From Eledone cirrhosa (taxonomy: Eukaryota), in the NCBI GenBank assembly GCA_964016885.1, contig OZ024740.1:153016001-153080000 (forward strand): 64,000 bases of DNA. Reading direction: 5' to 3'. How positions within the stretch are numbered: position 1 is the stretch's first letter; each line of letters begins with the position of its first letter. This document shows, one piece after another, positions 20,061 to 33,800 of the stretch. Both the position numbers and the translations under genes were made by a program. A model generated the notes under the pieces. That model had not been told where the DNA came from, made no database searches, and was given only the letters and a program-made list of their open reading frames with translations.

Positions 20061-22262
20061 ACTTTACACCATGAACTGGGAGCATTTTATCGTGACTCCA
20101 ACACTACTATCTTGCAGAGTGGACTGGCTGGGTTTTGTCGTAACATCATTACTACTACCTTAGAGGTTGAACTGAGTGCTTTTTTGCAGTGTGGACTGGG
20201 TACTTATTATCAGGACATCAGCGTTATTACTTTACAGAGTGTGCTGGGAGCATTTTTATCATGGCACCAGTACTGGGGAGGAATTTGTGTGAATGGAAGA
20301 AGAGTAATACAACTGTAGGAGAGTAAACATTATAGGACGGAGGTGATGTAAAAGAGTGAGTTGTATCTGGTTGTATATTGAGATGTAACTGGCTTTCCAT
20401 GCTGGTATGGGTTGGACAAGGAAAAAAGATGTGGGAATAGGGAACACATCTTTCTTCCATGCTGACAGGGGTTGCACAAGGAAGGTGAATTGGGAAAATG
20501 GGAGGGGGAATCAATTTGGGTTTAACAGCAGCTGTGGAAACATCAGGAACTCAGCCATCAGGCCCTTTTGCTTTTTTAAGATAATAGGAGGTGATTGCAG
20601 GGAGATTTGGCTATTATTTCTAGCAACTTGAGCAATCTGATCATCGGGTGGGGGGGGGGGGGGGGGGGCTCCTCATCCACTAACAAAATATGTTACGTCA
20701 TTCAAATCTGGAACCACTTGGTGAGAAATTTTGAAAAATTTGGAAGTGGAAAGTATGATGAAATGTTTTGACTCTAAGGAATATATGATAAAGGGAGTTA
20801 AGGCGGCGAATTGGCAGAGTCGCTAGAATGTCGGATAGAATGCTTTATGGTATTCGTTTCGGCTCTCTGCTTTCTGGGTTCAAATCCTGCTGAGGTCAAC
20901 TTTGCCTTTCATCCTTTCGACGTTGATAAAAAAAATGTACCAGTCTAGTACTGGGGTTGATTCTTCCTCTATATCTCTTTCTCATTTCCTCTCTATCACT
21001 TTCTATCTTTCTCTGGAAAAAATCTGCTGTACTCAGTCCTGGAGAGGGATGGGCTCGGCCAGGCTTAAAATGCCCAAGAAACGTTGTATATCAATACGGC
21101 GCCCCTACGACTCTATCAGGAGTTACGGGACCATACATACAAAAGGAGTTAACAGTTTATGTAAGGGAGGGTTATAGCTAAAATGATATACTTGCTTTAG
21201 TTTCAGCAAATGATCAAAGATCTATTAATTTGCTAAAGAAGTACAACTTCTAAAGTTTCATTGTTTTTTTACTATTTGTGAATATGCATGGCTGAGGGGC
21301 TAGTATAATTTGCTCATGATCATAAGGTCATGAGTTCGATTTCAAGACCAGGTAATGTGTTGTGTCCATGAGCAAGACACTTTATTTCACATTGCTCTCG
21401 TCCACTTAACTAGCAAAAATGTCTTATAACACTTATGTTATGCCAAATCTCCCTCAGAACTATGTTAAAGATGCACAGGTCTTTGGAATGCTCAGCCACT
21501 TGCATGTTAATTTCATGAGCAGACAGTCCCATTGAATAAACAACTGGAAAACATGTTGGAACTGATGGTTTGTCCAACACACATTTTACTATTTAGTTAA
21601 AAGAAGTCAGTACTCATGTCATTTGAATTTTCCCATCTCAATCCAACAGATGAAATGGATGTAAATTGGTGCTCAATCTGTAGAAAGACATATTCAGGAG
21701 AAGAACAAGAGTAAAGAGGAAGTTCTAAAGAGTCACAACTTGGAAGGAATAGTACTTACTAAATTGTTAGTATAAAAGTCAATAAAGTACAGATGCGTAG
21801 TGGGATGTGTCTCTGGTCAATCTGGAGGTCAGTGGTCTGTGATGACACATCCAACCCTTGCTAGCAAGGAAAACAAACATTAAATGATAATAACGGTTTC
21901 TGATTTAGGCATGAAGCCAACAATTTGGGGTCGAAGGAAAAGTTGATTAAATTTTCCCCAGTGCATTACAGGTACTTTATTTTATTGAGCCCGTAAGGAT
22001 GAAAGGCAAAGCTAACCTCAGCGAGATTTGAACTCAGAATGTAAAGGGCCACAACTCTATGTCGCTAAGCATGTTATCCGATGCTCTACTGATTCTGCCA
22101 ATGATGATAATTGTTTCTACTTTTTGGTACAAGGCCAGCAAAATGATGGTGAAACAGTATAGTTTATATGAAGCATTGTGAGATATATGGTTATGATTGT
22201 TTTAGGAAAGCCAGTACAAAAAAAAAAGAGGTTCTAATCTCGCAATATTATGGAATATAAGG

Positions 22263-22913
22263 GGGCTGTGGATTGGCAGTATCATCAGATACCATGCTTT
22301 GCAGCATAGGGTAATGGCCCTTTACGTTCTGATTTCAAATCCTGCTGAGGTTAACTTTGCCTTTCATCCTTACGGGGTCGATAAAATAAAGAGCACCAGT
22401 AATAGACTGGGGTAATTGCTGTAGAAACAATTATGAAATATAAGATATATACACCTCTCCAAGACAATGTCACTGGACCGAGATCTTTGGCGCTACACAG
22501 TAATAGAGAAGACCCGCCTTACCTAAGTACAAAGTGAAACCTACTACAGTCAGTAGGCACCTCTAACAAAATACACCCCCGTCCCACTACCCCCACCCCA
22601 TCCACACCACCCCTTTCAATGTAAAGTTATGTTGGTACCACAATATCCAGCCCGAAACAAATGAGGTCGTGTAGGTGTCACAACAAAATAACACACAGTC
22701 CACACTGTAATGTGTAGGTAACACGGTAAAAACCTCCCAGTTCCACACTGTAAATGTGGTTGGTGTTAGGAAGGGCATCCAGCTGTAGAAAACCCGGCAG
22801 ACAGTCCTATGCGAGCAAGACAACCACTCTTGCCTCAAGTGGGAAAACTCTCGTCCAAACCCATGCGAGCGTGGAATATGGACCTTAAACGAAGATGATG
22901 ATGATGATGATGA
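22263..22913 (+). mobile_element. SINE family A (about 22263-22433) followed by an RTE 3' end (about 22451-22913)
   Basis: The SINE core is recognisable. The RTE 3' UTR matches 51845-52285 and ends in (GAT)n. Confidence 0.85.
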
Positions 22914-23084
22914 TATGCAAACTTGTTTTGTTTTCTTTGCCTTATTTACTCTACTCTAGTTTTCACTCTTGTATTTCTAATTTGCGTTGCATCAGCTTTC
23001 CTAAAACAATTATGAAATATTAATATTTCAACTTCTGGTAATCTACATGACTGGAAATGCAAAAGATGTGCTGGTAGTGTGAAA

Positions 23085-23310
23085 GAAAAGCACCCAGTCC
23101 ATCCTGTAAGGTGGTTGTGCTGGTGACATGACAAAAAGCATCCGGTCCACCCTGTAAGATGGTCATGCTGGTGACATGACAAAAAGCACCGAGTCAATCC
23201 TATAAGGTGATCATACTGGTGACATGACAAAAAGCTCTGTTCAGCCTGTAAGATGGTTGTGCTGGTGACAACAAAAACCACTCAGTCCAGCGTCTAAGGT
23301 GGTCATGCAT
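23085..23310 (+). repeat. Imperfect tandem repeat, about 47-bp unit, about 5 copies
   Basis: Unit resembles aaaagcacccagtccatcctgtaaggtggtcatgctggtgacatgac. The same motif occurs in RTE/SINE-B-related tails, e.g. about 3170-3240 and 20070-20280 (reverse). Confidence 0.8.
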
Positions 23311-23696
23311 TCTTCCACTGAACTACCAAAGCTCATAACCATCATTGTAACATTATTATATTTTCTACTGCTGTTACAGTCATCTCTGCTACTCAGAGCT
23401 GGCCAGTCTCATGTCACTTCCATTCTGGCATTCTTCACTTGCTCATCTCTCTTTTTTTTTGTCACCCATCTATGTCTCCCTCTCTTGTAGACATGGTGGA
23501 GTAGTTAAGAAGTTTGTTTCACAATCATGAAGTTCCTGGTTCGATTTCATTACATGGCATCTTGAGCAAGTGTCTTTACAATAGCCTCGGGTTGACCCAA
23601 GCCCTGTGAGGTGAATGAAATTGGGTAGACAGAAACTGTGTTGAAGCCCATCAAATGAACTGAGCAGAGATCCAGGCTTCTCAAATATTGTATAAC

Positions 23697-23859
23697 CAGT
23701 GCTAGATTTAGGACAAATGAGGCCCTGTGCTAGTTAAATTGAGGCCCCCAAACATTTGAAAAATTCATCATAAAAAATGTTTTTGGCAGGAAGATGGGCT
23801 CTCCTGACTAATGGCGCCGTGCTTAAGCACACCTAAGCACAATGGTAAATCTGGCACTG
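23697..23859. mobile_element. hAT-like MITE
   Basis: TIRs cagtgctagattta / taaatctggcactg (13/14 match) with an 8-bp TSD tgtataac (23689-23696 and 23860-23867). Confidence 0.85.
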
Positions 23860-24243
23860 TGTATAACACTTTGCCATGTTGATATGACTTATGAATTATG
23901 TTATGGGTACACATGTCTGAGGAATACTCAGCCATTCACATGTTAATTCATGGAATGGCTGTTCAGTTGATCGTTCAATTGAATGGTCATCGTCCAATCT
24001 GACAGTGGATCCATCATCATCATAGCAACCCCTCTAGGACACACACTAACAGCTACACTCAATCCTTCTTCCTCAAAACATCAACTCAGGATTTCTTTCC
24101 CTGCCCATTTGTTTGTCTGTTTTGTTTGTTTTTTGCCATGCAAGAGTTGGCCTATAACTTTTAAAGTGCCCTTTAAGTGGTATCAATCAATCACACATGC
24201 TTCAGAGGACCTGTGAAGGCCATGGATGCAGTGCTAGACTTAA

Positions 24244-24700
24244 CCCTTTAGCATTTAAACCGGCTGTATCTGGCCAGAATTCTCTCATCTCTTTCTGTTC
24301 AAACCGGTTGTAACTAGTGACTCATACTGATGTTAAGGTATTCTTCTCAAAATAAATAATTGTTTCTACTGTCTCTTTCTGTTCAAACCGGTTGTAACTA
24401 GTGACTCATACTGATGTTAAGGTATTCTTCTCAAAATAAATAATTGTTTCTACTATTGGCACAAGGCCAGCAATTACCCAGTACATTACTGGTACTTTAT
24501 TTTATCGACCCCCATAAGGATGAAAGGCAAAGTTAACCTCGGCGGGATTTGAACTCAGAATGGCAAGATCCGTAACTCTATGCATCAAAGCATGGCATCC
24601 GACCCTCTACCGATACTGCCAATTCACCGCAAAATTTCATAAATTCAATATTATGTGAGATAAAGCCTTTACTGCGAAAATACAATAGTATGCTAAAGGG
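24244..24700. mobile_element. piggyBac-like MITE containing a SINE A insertion (minus strand, about 24440-24630) and an 83-bp tandem duplication
   Basis: TTAA TSDs (24240-24243, 24701-24704) and ccctttagca/tgctaaaggg TIRs. Same family as 370-589. Confidence 0.85.
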
Positions 24701-27074
24701 TTAATGATTAAATAATCTCATAAGTCACTTTTATCTGGGACACCACATGTTGCAACATGTTCTCCAGTGCTAACTTCATCTCTTTGGCAACAAACCCATG
24801 CACCACTGCTTGTAATGCAGATATAATGTTGTAACTGACCGTTTTCTTCTTATGCCAGCTGCTATTGCTAACTAGTGTCCTCCATCCCCAGACTGCTGTT
24901 TTCTTCCATTAAATTGTGAGGAGGGCATCTCGCCTGAGGAAGGAGCCCCTGATATAACTGATATAACAGTTATCATTGGTTGTTCTCCGTGGCTTTCCAC
25001 TTTCACCAACTCATCTGCAAAACAGCTAATATGTATTGTCCAACTGTCCAGTCATGAATGTAGAATTCTTCCTCTCTTTCTACATATATATTTTTTTACT
25101 TATTTTGTCTTTCTCCTTTTTTCTTTCTTCCTAAGTCAATAAAATTGAAAAACTAAAATAATCAATAAATAAAATAATATCATGGACAATGGCTTTCCTC
25201 CTCTACCTCCGCTACAAATATGACAGTCTGTACAGAAAAACAGGCTGACTGTAAATTTAGCCAGGTATTTTACAGCTGGATGAATCTGTATAGAAAAGCA
25301 GGCTGTCTGTAGCACAATCGATAAAGAATCCGTCTAATGTTGACATGATAGCCTGATGTCATTTTACCAGGTCGGTTGGTAGAAAGAATCGTTGGGTTAG
25401 CAGAATCGTTGGAGCATCAGACTCAATAAATTGCATCATTTCAATGAGGTCAACTTTGCTTTTCACCATTCCATATTAGAAAGAAAAATAACTATCAATT
25501 TTTTCAGCCAACATACTTGATTGCATCCTTCCCACTAAAAAATATATAAAATTAACAAATATATTTGATAAAAAAGAAAAATTGGCAGAGAAGCTGTAGC
25601 AATTGAAATTGATGAAACCTTTGATTTGGTTGTTTGGTGGAATGAATTAGTAAACTTCACTTTATGGTGAATTTGTAGCAGCAATTAAGCGAACTGTATT
25701 CTTCAAGACAGTTGCTGTTGATGTAGCGAAGATTGAATGATAACAATAGTGTGTAGAAAAAAGGTTGCGTGTTGAAACATGTTTGTTGTTTTTGAAAAAA
25801 TGTTTCCTTGCTCGAAAGAAATGTTTTTATTGTTGATGTAGCGTCGTTTGTTTTTTAGGTTTGGTGTCTGTTTGTTTTTGTGTATTTGAAAACGTTCTTG
25901 TTTTTCATTTAAGAAAATGTTTTTAGAAGGCTGCATTTTTTTTGTCGGTTAGCAGTGGGTAGTTAATCAGACTATATGTTCAAAAGTCAGGGATCACCAA
26001 TTCTTGTGAGGCAATTGATATGTTTGTTGCAGTTTTTTTCTTATATTATCAGAAAGCTATATGCTGCATCATAAAATGCATCAGACAGTTGCATGTTCGT
26101 TTGTTGGGGTCACCAAATATAGCAGGGTTTAAGATGAATGTTTGATGCCACCAAATGTTGTTGTATTAATGATTTGGTTAGATGAAAGCATGTGTAAATG
26201 GTGATGTTTGGTTGGTCAGTTGTTCATTTTAGTGTTGCAGAATTTGTAGTAGTAATTGTTGGTTGAGTGGGTGATTCCACAAGCTGCTCTTGTGACTTGT
26301 GGCAAATGAATCTACCCTGCTACATCTACTCAACAAGAATCAACTTCACCACATCATATTCGCAACTTCAACTTCTACAACATTCTATGCAACTACATCC
26401 CATTTCGCTGCATTATACATTTGCTACATATATATTATACATTGAATTTAAAAGTTAATAGCTCAAATCACATCTTTTTACTATGGAATACAATAAGTGG
26501 ACAGCATCACCTGTGGGAGTTTCTTACACCTGCTGTGTACCATGTGGCCATCCTATAACTACACTGACCAATTTTTTCTGTTAAATTAAGATATTTGTTT
26601 ATCCTGGCTTTGTGTACATATATATATCATCATCATCGTTTAATTTCCATCTTCCACGCTAACATGGGTTAGACAGGTTTGTCCCACTTGAGGCAAGTTT
26701 GTTTAGGTGACCATGTCTCGCTTGTGTAGAACTGTTTCTGGCTGGATGCCTTTCCTAATGCCAAGCAGTGTGGACTGGAAGCCTTTTTATTGTGTCTCCT
26801 ACATGATATATATATATATATATAAAAGCGACCTGCTGAATGCAGTGCTGTGTCCAGGAATTTTCTCTCATCATTCCCTATCAGTTAAAATTTAAGGTCA
26901 ATAGAATAACAGCAAAATTTGTCTTTGATAATTGATACTATAATCTTAAAAATTGAAATCCGTATCTTAGGATTTACTTTAAGCAAACACATACTCAAAA
27001 GTTAAGCACCTCCAAACTATTATGTAATTTCAGAAGGATGATTGCCAAGGCCGTCTGCATGTCTCTCAATAGGC

Positions 27075-27675
27075 AAGGAAATATGGAATTTGCATCATCA
27101 GTCTGGAACCCCTATCTTGCTCAGAACATTGACCTCCTGGAAACTGTTCAGAGACGTGCAACCAAGCGCATACCCTCCATCAGACACCTACCATACTCTG
27201 AACGCCTTGCTTCCCTGGGCATGGATTCATTGAAGCTCCAACGTCTGGCAATGGACTTGGTAAACATCCACAAAGTTAGTAACCATCTTGCCAACAACAA
27301 CCCTGAGCACCTTTTTGATCTCCATGTGTTTACTTAACACACGTGGACATGCCTACAAAGTCAGAAAACAGCACAGCTCCCATGACTTTCGGAAACATTT
27401 TTTCACGCTTAGAGTTGCTGAAGCATGGAACAAACTGCCTGCGTCAGTTGTTAGGTGCCGAGACACTGCATCCTTTAAAACCCTCATGCTTCCCGAAATT
27501 CGCCAAAACTACACCTGATGTCCCCCTTCCATACACATGCACACGTGTGTATATCATGACTCATGCACTGTTCATTTTCCTGACGTTTGTACATTACCCT
27601 ATGTACTATACATACACTTTTGATGAGTTGTAGTGCACCTGAGCACTGTACACAATATTTTCATTATTATTATTA
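27075..27675 (+). mobile_element. CR1-clade LINE 3' fragment
   Basis: MEFASSVWNPYLAQNIDLLETVQRRATKRIP...YSERL...RGH...WNKLP, followed by an (ATT)n tail. Confidence 0.92.
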
Positions 27676-27679
27676 TAAA

Positions 27680-28050
27680 CCTGGTTCAGCTAGGAGTCAG
27701 TGTGGCCAGCATGTGTGAGAAGGCCACTCATGCTGCAAGGTAGTTCTTCAACAACAGTCCACTAGACCCAGCACCTCGTTATATTTGACATCAGAAATGC
27801 CTTCAATTGTCTAATGCACAATCACCTGCCTCCCATGCCATGCTGCTCTCGATGAGATCATAAAGCATGACTTGGACGCTACAGGCTTCTCTTCCCAGCT
27901 GAGCTGAACACAGGAGATAGCACAAAGCCAGACGGCATCACAATCTTCTCATTCCATGGTGATAAGCCCCTCATCTATGATGCAACATGCAGTGATACCA
28001 TCTCTAGTAGCATCCTGGTTCATTCAGCAACTAACCCAAGCTTCACTGAC
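27680..28050 (+). mobile_element. Heavily deleted CRE/SLACS-like non-LTR retrotransposon relic
   Basis: Compressed motifs in the expected order: QLGVSVASMCEKATHAAR (cf. QLGVG..GGCEAAVHA.R), FDIRNAFNCL (RT), HAALDEIIK, and KPDGITIFSFHGDKPLIYDATCSDT (restriction-like endonuclease PD..D motif). Confidence 0.7.
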
Positions 28051-28301
28051 CTGGTTTTATGATATAAAACTGTATATTTAAAAATGTTTATATTTATCAA
28101 AAACACTTCAATCATAATTGTATGTAAGAACCATTGTTACAAACACCAGCTTAATAATGAGAAAGTTATATTACTAAATCCCTTGAAATTCTTGATTATT
28201 ATCAAAATGATTAGAAAATCATAGGCAGTGTCTATCATTAGAAAGATGACAATGAAAGAGTTAAACCATCACAATATAGAATATATATGTAAGCATTATT
28301 T

Positions 28302-28488
28302 AGGTGGATCGGCAGTATCGGTAGAGGGTCGGACGCCATGCTTTCCAGCATAGTTACGTCCCTTTACGATCCGAGTTCAAATCCCGCCGAGGTTGACTTT
28401 GCCTTTCATCCTTACGGGGTCGATAAAATAAAGTACCAGTAATGTACTGGGTAATTGCTGGCCTTGTGCCTCAAGTAGAAACAATTAT
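28302..28488 (+). mobile_element. SINE family A
   Basis: Full-length young-looking copy with attatttag repeated at both ends. Confidence 0.92.
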
Positions 28489-30727
28489 TTAGTTTTAACT
28501 TCCCCAGTTCTAAATTTAAATCCCATCAAGACTGATCCTAACTTTCATTCAAAACATGTACTAGTACAATATAAGGTTGATTCAATCAAGTTTACTTCTA
28601 AGTAAGCAATCAGTGTTGGATATATCTAATGTGTACTAATAATAGAGTCGTTGCTAGGAAGAATCATTAGTGTTGGAGAAATAGCTTGCACTATTTGTTC
28701 CAGCTTTTTCAAACTCTGCTGAGGCCAACATTGCTTTTCATACTTCAGAGTAAGGGGTCGGATTAGACAAAATAAGATACCAGTTATGTACTGAACTAAG
28801 TAATCAACAATAACACCTACAAATTTGAGGGGTGGAGCCTATGTATGAAATAAATATTGGATATTTGTGTTAATCTTATCATTATGCCAACATTCATAAA
28901 AATGAAGTTGGTGGTGGTGGCATAATAGATGTGTGGGGAGTTGGTTAAAAAAAAATCTGCCAACAAAATATTGGTTCAAAATCATCATTCACCAGATTGT
29001 TTTCATGTCACAATGGAAACATTCAGTGATTGCACAACACAAAATTTAATCTTAGTTTAATAAGAAAAAACAGCTTTGCAGTAAATAGGTCACAAGTATA
29101 ACTGGTTAAGGTGTTTACTTTGTAACTATGTTCAATCCCACAGCAGGTCACCTCGAGTATACATATCTCCAAGACTTATGTTCAGTTCATATAGTATAAA
29201 TTAGATTAGTGCAGTCCATATTTCTTTAAGACATTGTGCAGACCTCAGCAGTGCAAACTTTAACCAGTCGTAGAGTACTGAGTTGTTCCTATCCTGTAGT
29301 AGCTATTTTCAGCTAGGTACATTGGGTCATATGTAGTATTTATTTTCAGTTAAGTATATTAGGCTATATGGAAATTAAATGTCTTTGCTACAGACACAAT
29401 GCAGTACCAAAATATAAATTACTGATCTCCTACCTTGTATTCTATATACTCAACCATCTGTGCTCTTTAATCAAAGATAAAATACAGTCAAATAAATGAG
29501 TTTTATATGAAAGAGAAAGTATTATTAAGTCAGAGAAAAACATGTGTGTGAGAGCATGTGTATCAAAAAGTTAAAATTGTAAAAATTTGTTAAAAATATT
29601 GAGATTGCATAAATAACACTAATGATGTAAATGTAGAAAAAACAGTGTTTCACTGTAAAATAATCACTTTAGTAGGTGAAAATCGGCAAAATATTAACCT
29701 TGAATATAAGCTGATCCCTCATTCTACCATCAATTTTTTTGTCACATATCCCTTCAAATTTTTGATTATTTACAAAATTATTTGAAAATTATAAGTGGTG
29801 TTAATGAAACTGAAATTCCTAATACAAAAACCCACACACACAAATAAAGAGAAAGAAAGAAAAATAAGTGCAATAAATAAAATATTTCTGTGATTTGTTT
29901 ATTAATACAAATAACATATCTGATGAAACAAAAATATAAATGTAAATAAAAAAAAAACAACCCCCAAATAAAAAAAATGAAAACAAAGGGTAAGAAACTT
30001 TCAGAAAATGCCTTTCTTGGCTTCTCAAAATTTCAGTCATCACTTAGTATTAATAACAACAGAAAGATTACATCTTTAAATTTTTTTAGCCCCTTTTATT
30101 ATTTTTCTTATCAAAATAAGAAAAAGAAACATTGTAAGGAACAGAGTTAGCAAAAAAAAAAAACAAAAAAAACGGTAGAATGTGATTGCTGTTGATGTTT
30201 TTTTTTTTTTTTCCCCATTTAATAACAACAAAACACCTAGACACACACATAGACACTCCCTGGGTGTGCATAATAGATATATGTAAATATACAAGAGTAT
30301 TATACACACGTACATACATACATAGACACACACACGCAGAAAACATACACGAGTATGACACGATATAATAGGACACATGTAAATATAAATGAGCATTCCT
30401 CACACTCATGCTAACATTCCCTGTTCACACATTTGAGTCTTAAACAATTGAGTAATTCCAAGTGTATAGTTGCATGATTGCAAACTTCCCCGATAACCAC
30501 CCCAACTCAACTCATTGATATGTTGTATGTGTGTGTATGTATGTGTTAATGTATTTATGTATAAAAGGGAAAGAACTGAGAAGGAAACAAAAATGATGGT
30601 TGTGTGGGAGAAAAAGCTGAAATAAATTTCAGCACTGCCTAAAGTCTGTCTTTGACTTGGAATATACCAGTAACTCGATGATGATGTTACAAATGGCCAA
30701 ATGTTACTACTTTAAATCTACAGCTCT

Positions 30728-30805
30728 TTATTTTAATTTCTTTGCCTTTTTGATTCCTTTCTTAATTCTAGGTTTGTCCTTGATTCGGCCTTGTTTTCTT
30801 CTTGC
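30728..30805 (-). CDS. STT3B: STT3B last coding exon
   Basis: [25 protein letters not shown], with AG acceptor at 30807-30806 and TAA at 30730-30728. Confidence 0.88.
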   Translation of the reverse strand, partial: ARRKQGRIKDKPRIKKGIKKAKKLK

Positions 30806-33800
30806 CTGCAAAAGGAATAATCACTAGCATTATAATCATTACAAGTAACAATAGATAGATATCTAAATTAAAATGAAGCAACAATATATACATGTACATC
30901 TATTTGTCTAGTTAGCTAGCTATCTTTATATCTACCTATCTGCCTGTCTATCTATCTATCTGTTTGCCTACTTGTATATCTATAGCTATCTATTTATCTA
31001 TATTTAACAATGTCACTATCTTCGAACAAGAACAACAAAGTACAAATCCCAATAGCAGCCTGACAATAGACAGACAGACAGGTAGGACAAAGTCATTGTA
31101 ATTTAGTGCATAGATATTTGACAATGATAAAAGAAAATGTGGAATAAAATTATTGTAATTGATCTAAATCAGAGGTTCTCAAACTTTTGGGATTACTGCC
31201 CCCTTCACCCCTATTTCCAGAGACCTACCTACTAACAAATTGTAAATAATATATAAATAAATATTATGTATTTTTTAAATTTTATTATATATATAATATG
31301 TATCATTTGATATTTAATATACTATTATATTATCTCTACTGCCCTCCAGGGGGCAGTAGTGCCCACCTTGAGAACCTCTGATCTAAATGAAAATAAAATG
31401 AAATATGGCAATGGCTGGAGTCACAAAATCGAGGTTCAAGCATCTTTATATAGAAAAAAGGAATTATTAAGTTAAATATTTTTTTAAATACAAACTCCTA
31501 TCAGTTTTTATAGGTACTATGCTTGTTTGCAAATAATTTTGAAAATAATTAAGAATGTGAAAGGATTTAATAATGTAACTAACTTTTTCAATATTTATCT
31601 GGTGTTTAGAACATAATGTAATAGAGGTTCATTCATAAAAGTATTATGGAAAGATTTTAGATAAATGTAAACACTTTAAAATAAACAGCTTTACATCATA
31701 GATCTAGGGTCAGTTTTAGGTGGTTTGCTATCAAAAGGGTTAAGAAACCATTTCAAAATGCTTCCAAACTAGACGATGAACAAGAAAGCTGCCTCTGATA
31801 GGTAAAATCAGGCCAGGAAAACTATTATATTAATACAAACAATGTTAAAACAGGTTAGTAATATAGCAGTGCAAGAATAATCATCAATCTGCAAAAGCTA
31901 AATTGCTTATATTAAATTGTCTGTAGAATGAAATACAATGCATTAGAACTGAAATTTTGGCCATGTATTATTGTATTTGATGGTATATAATGCTCATGTG
32001 TATATTAACTCTTAACGTCTTGTACCACACGAAACCACATTAACTAGACATTCTTGAAAAATACAAAGCAGCACTATGACTGCATCATATTAAACATTTC
32101 TTTATTTTAATAACCACCAATTGGCATAATCTGTCCATTTGAATTAATAAATCCATTTTTTAACGTTTTTTTCCTAAATCATTACAGAAGGTTAATGGTT
32201 CAGGAAACATTTTTTGCATTATTTCATGTAAACATTTAATGATACTAAAATAAGTAGCTCAACTTTGCATACAAAACTAGAATATTCTTTTAGCATTAAA
32301 AACAAAACACAAAAAACAATAAAAGGTATTATATACAATCAAATATAGTAGTTTTTTTAGGTGTTTACTGTTGTCAGTAGAAAGAAACTTGAGAATTATA
32401 TCAATAATATACGGATTGCTTATCAACTCCATACTAAGATGTATGGTTAGAACAAAATAACTGGTAACAGTAAACGATAGCTAACAAGTAAAACATTAAA
32501 AAATTATGTCAGTTGTTTTCAGAAAGCTGTGAGCTATAATACCATACTCACATCACAGACGGATCAAGTATGCAACAGAACAAAAATAAAACATATGTTG
32601 TACATGACTAGATATCAAGTGTTAACTGACATCTCTAAACAATAAATCATTTGGTTGCAACAAAAGTATTGGTCTAAATTGTTTTTATAATGTGCAACAA
32701 TTACAAACATGCACATATCTATGCAAATATATAAATGTAAACATATACATAGATATATCATTATCATCACTTTTTTAAGTCCAGTTCTCCATGTTGGCAT
32801 GGATTGGATGAAACATTTTGAGGCAGTATTTTATGGTTGTATGCCAAAATTGAGAAACACACTGTTAATCCATACACTAACAAACTATATCAGACTAGTG
32901 GTCAGTTTGATATTATTTCTTGTATGAGAAATGTCTAAAATACCTATATGATGCTTTGTGAAATTGTGAGAGGCATGATGGAAGCAGAGGATAGGGAAAA
33001 ACCAAGAAAGGCATGGCTAAAGATGACAGAGGAGGAAATGGAACAAGGGATTTAAAAGAAAGGGAGGAGGGAATGTAGAAGATAGGGCAAAATGAAGAAA
33101 TATTTCTACAAGGTTCACTCCTTGCTTTAACAGGAAAATGCTTGTTTTAAGAAGTTATCTCAATCAGATTTATTGATGGGTTCCTGACTATCATATAAGA
33201 TAGAGATATAAAGAAACAACATTTATTATTTCTCTATGAAAAGGTGTTCTGTTGGCAGAAACATTAGTTTAGGCACTTTACACTTCTGAGTTCAAATTTA
33301 GCTGATGTCAACTGTGCCTTTTATTCTTCCAGGGTCAATAACATAAATTACCAGTCAAATATAAGGGTTGAAGAAATTGACTTTCCCTTTCCTTCAAAAT
33401 TTTTGGCTTAATAGCTAAGTTAGAAACCCTTATTTCTCAATGTAATAAAAGCTTAAACTTACAGTTTTCGTTGAGAATCTCTTGGTAGGTCTCTTCACGG
33501 GTCGCCGGACTTTGATCCGTTGGCGATTTTCCAAATCTTTCACTTTGTAAATTCTGACCAACCAATGTTCAGTAGTATATGCTTCTTCAAGATGACTAAG
33601 ATCAAAATCTTTGTTTCCAATTTCTACACCTCGAGTTCGATCAAAACCAGGAGGATTTCTGAAATCAAGCTATAAAATATAAAAAGAAAGTTAAATTCAC
33701 CAGTTTTTACAAAATGTTAATTAATTTTGCTCACTCACAACCCTAAAAAATCTCAATAATATTTACAATGCCATAAATTTGTGAATTGTACAAATATATT

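Noticed and set aside
20650-20668. Poly-G run as a G-quadruplex regulatory element
   Set aside because: It is a simple homopolymer inside a degenerate repeat, with no supporting context. Its length may be an assembly artefact.
23085-23310. Repeat array superficially resembling CRISPR
   Set aside because: The units are contiguous diverged tandem copies with no unique spacers. There are no cas genes and the context is eukaryotic.
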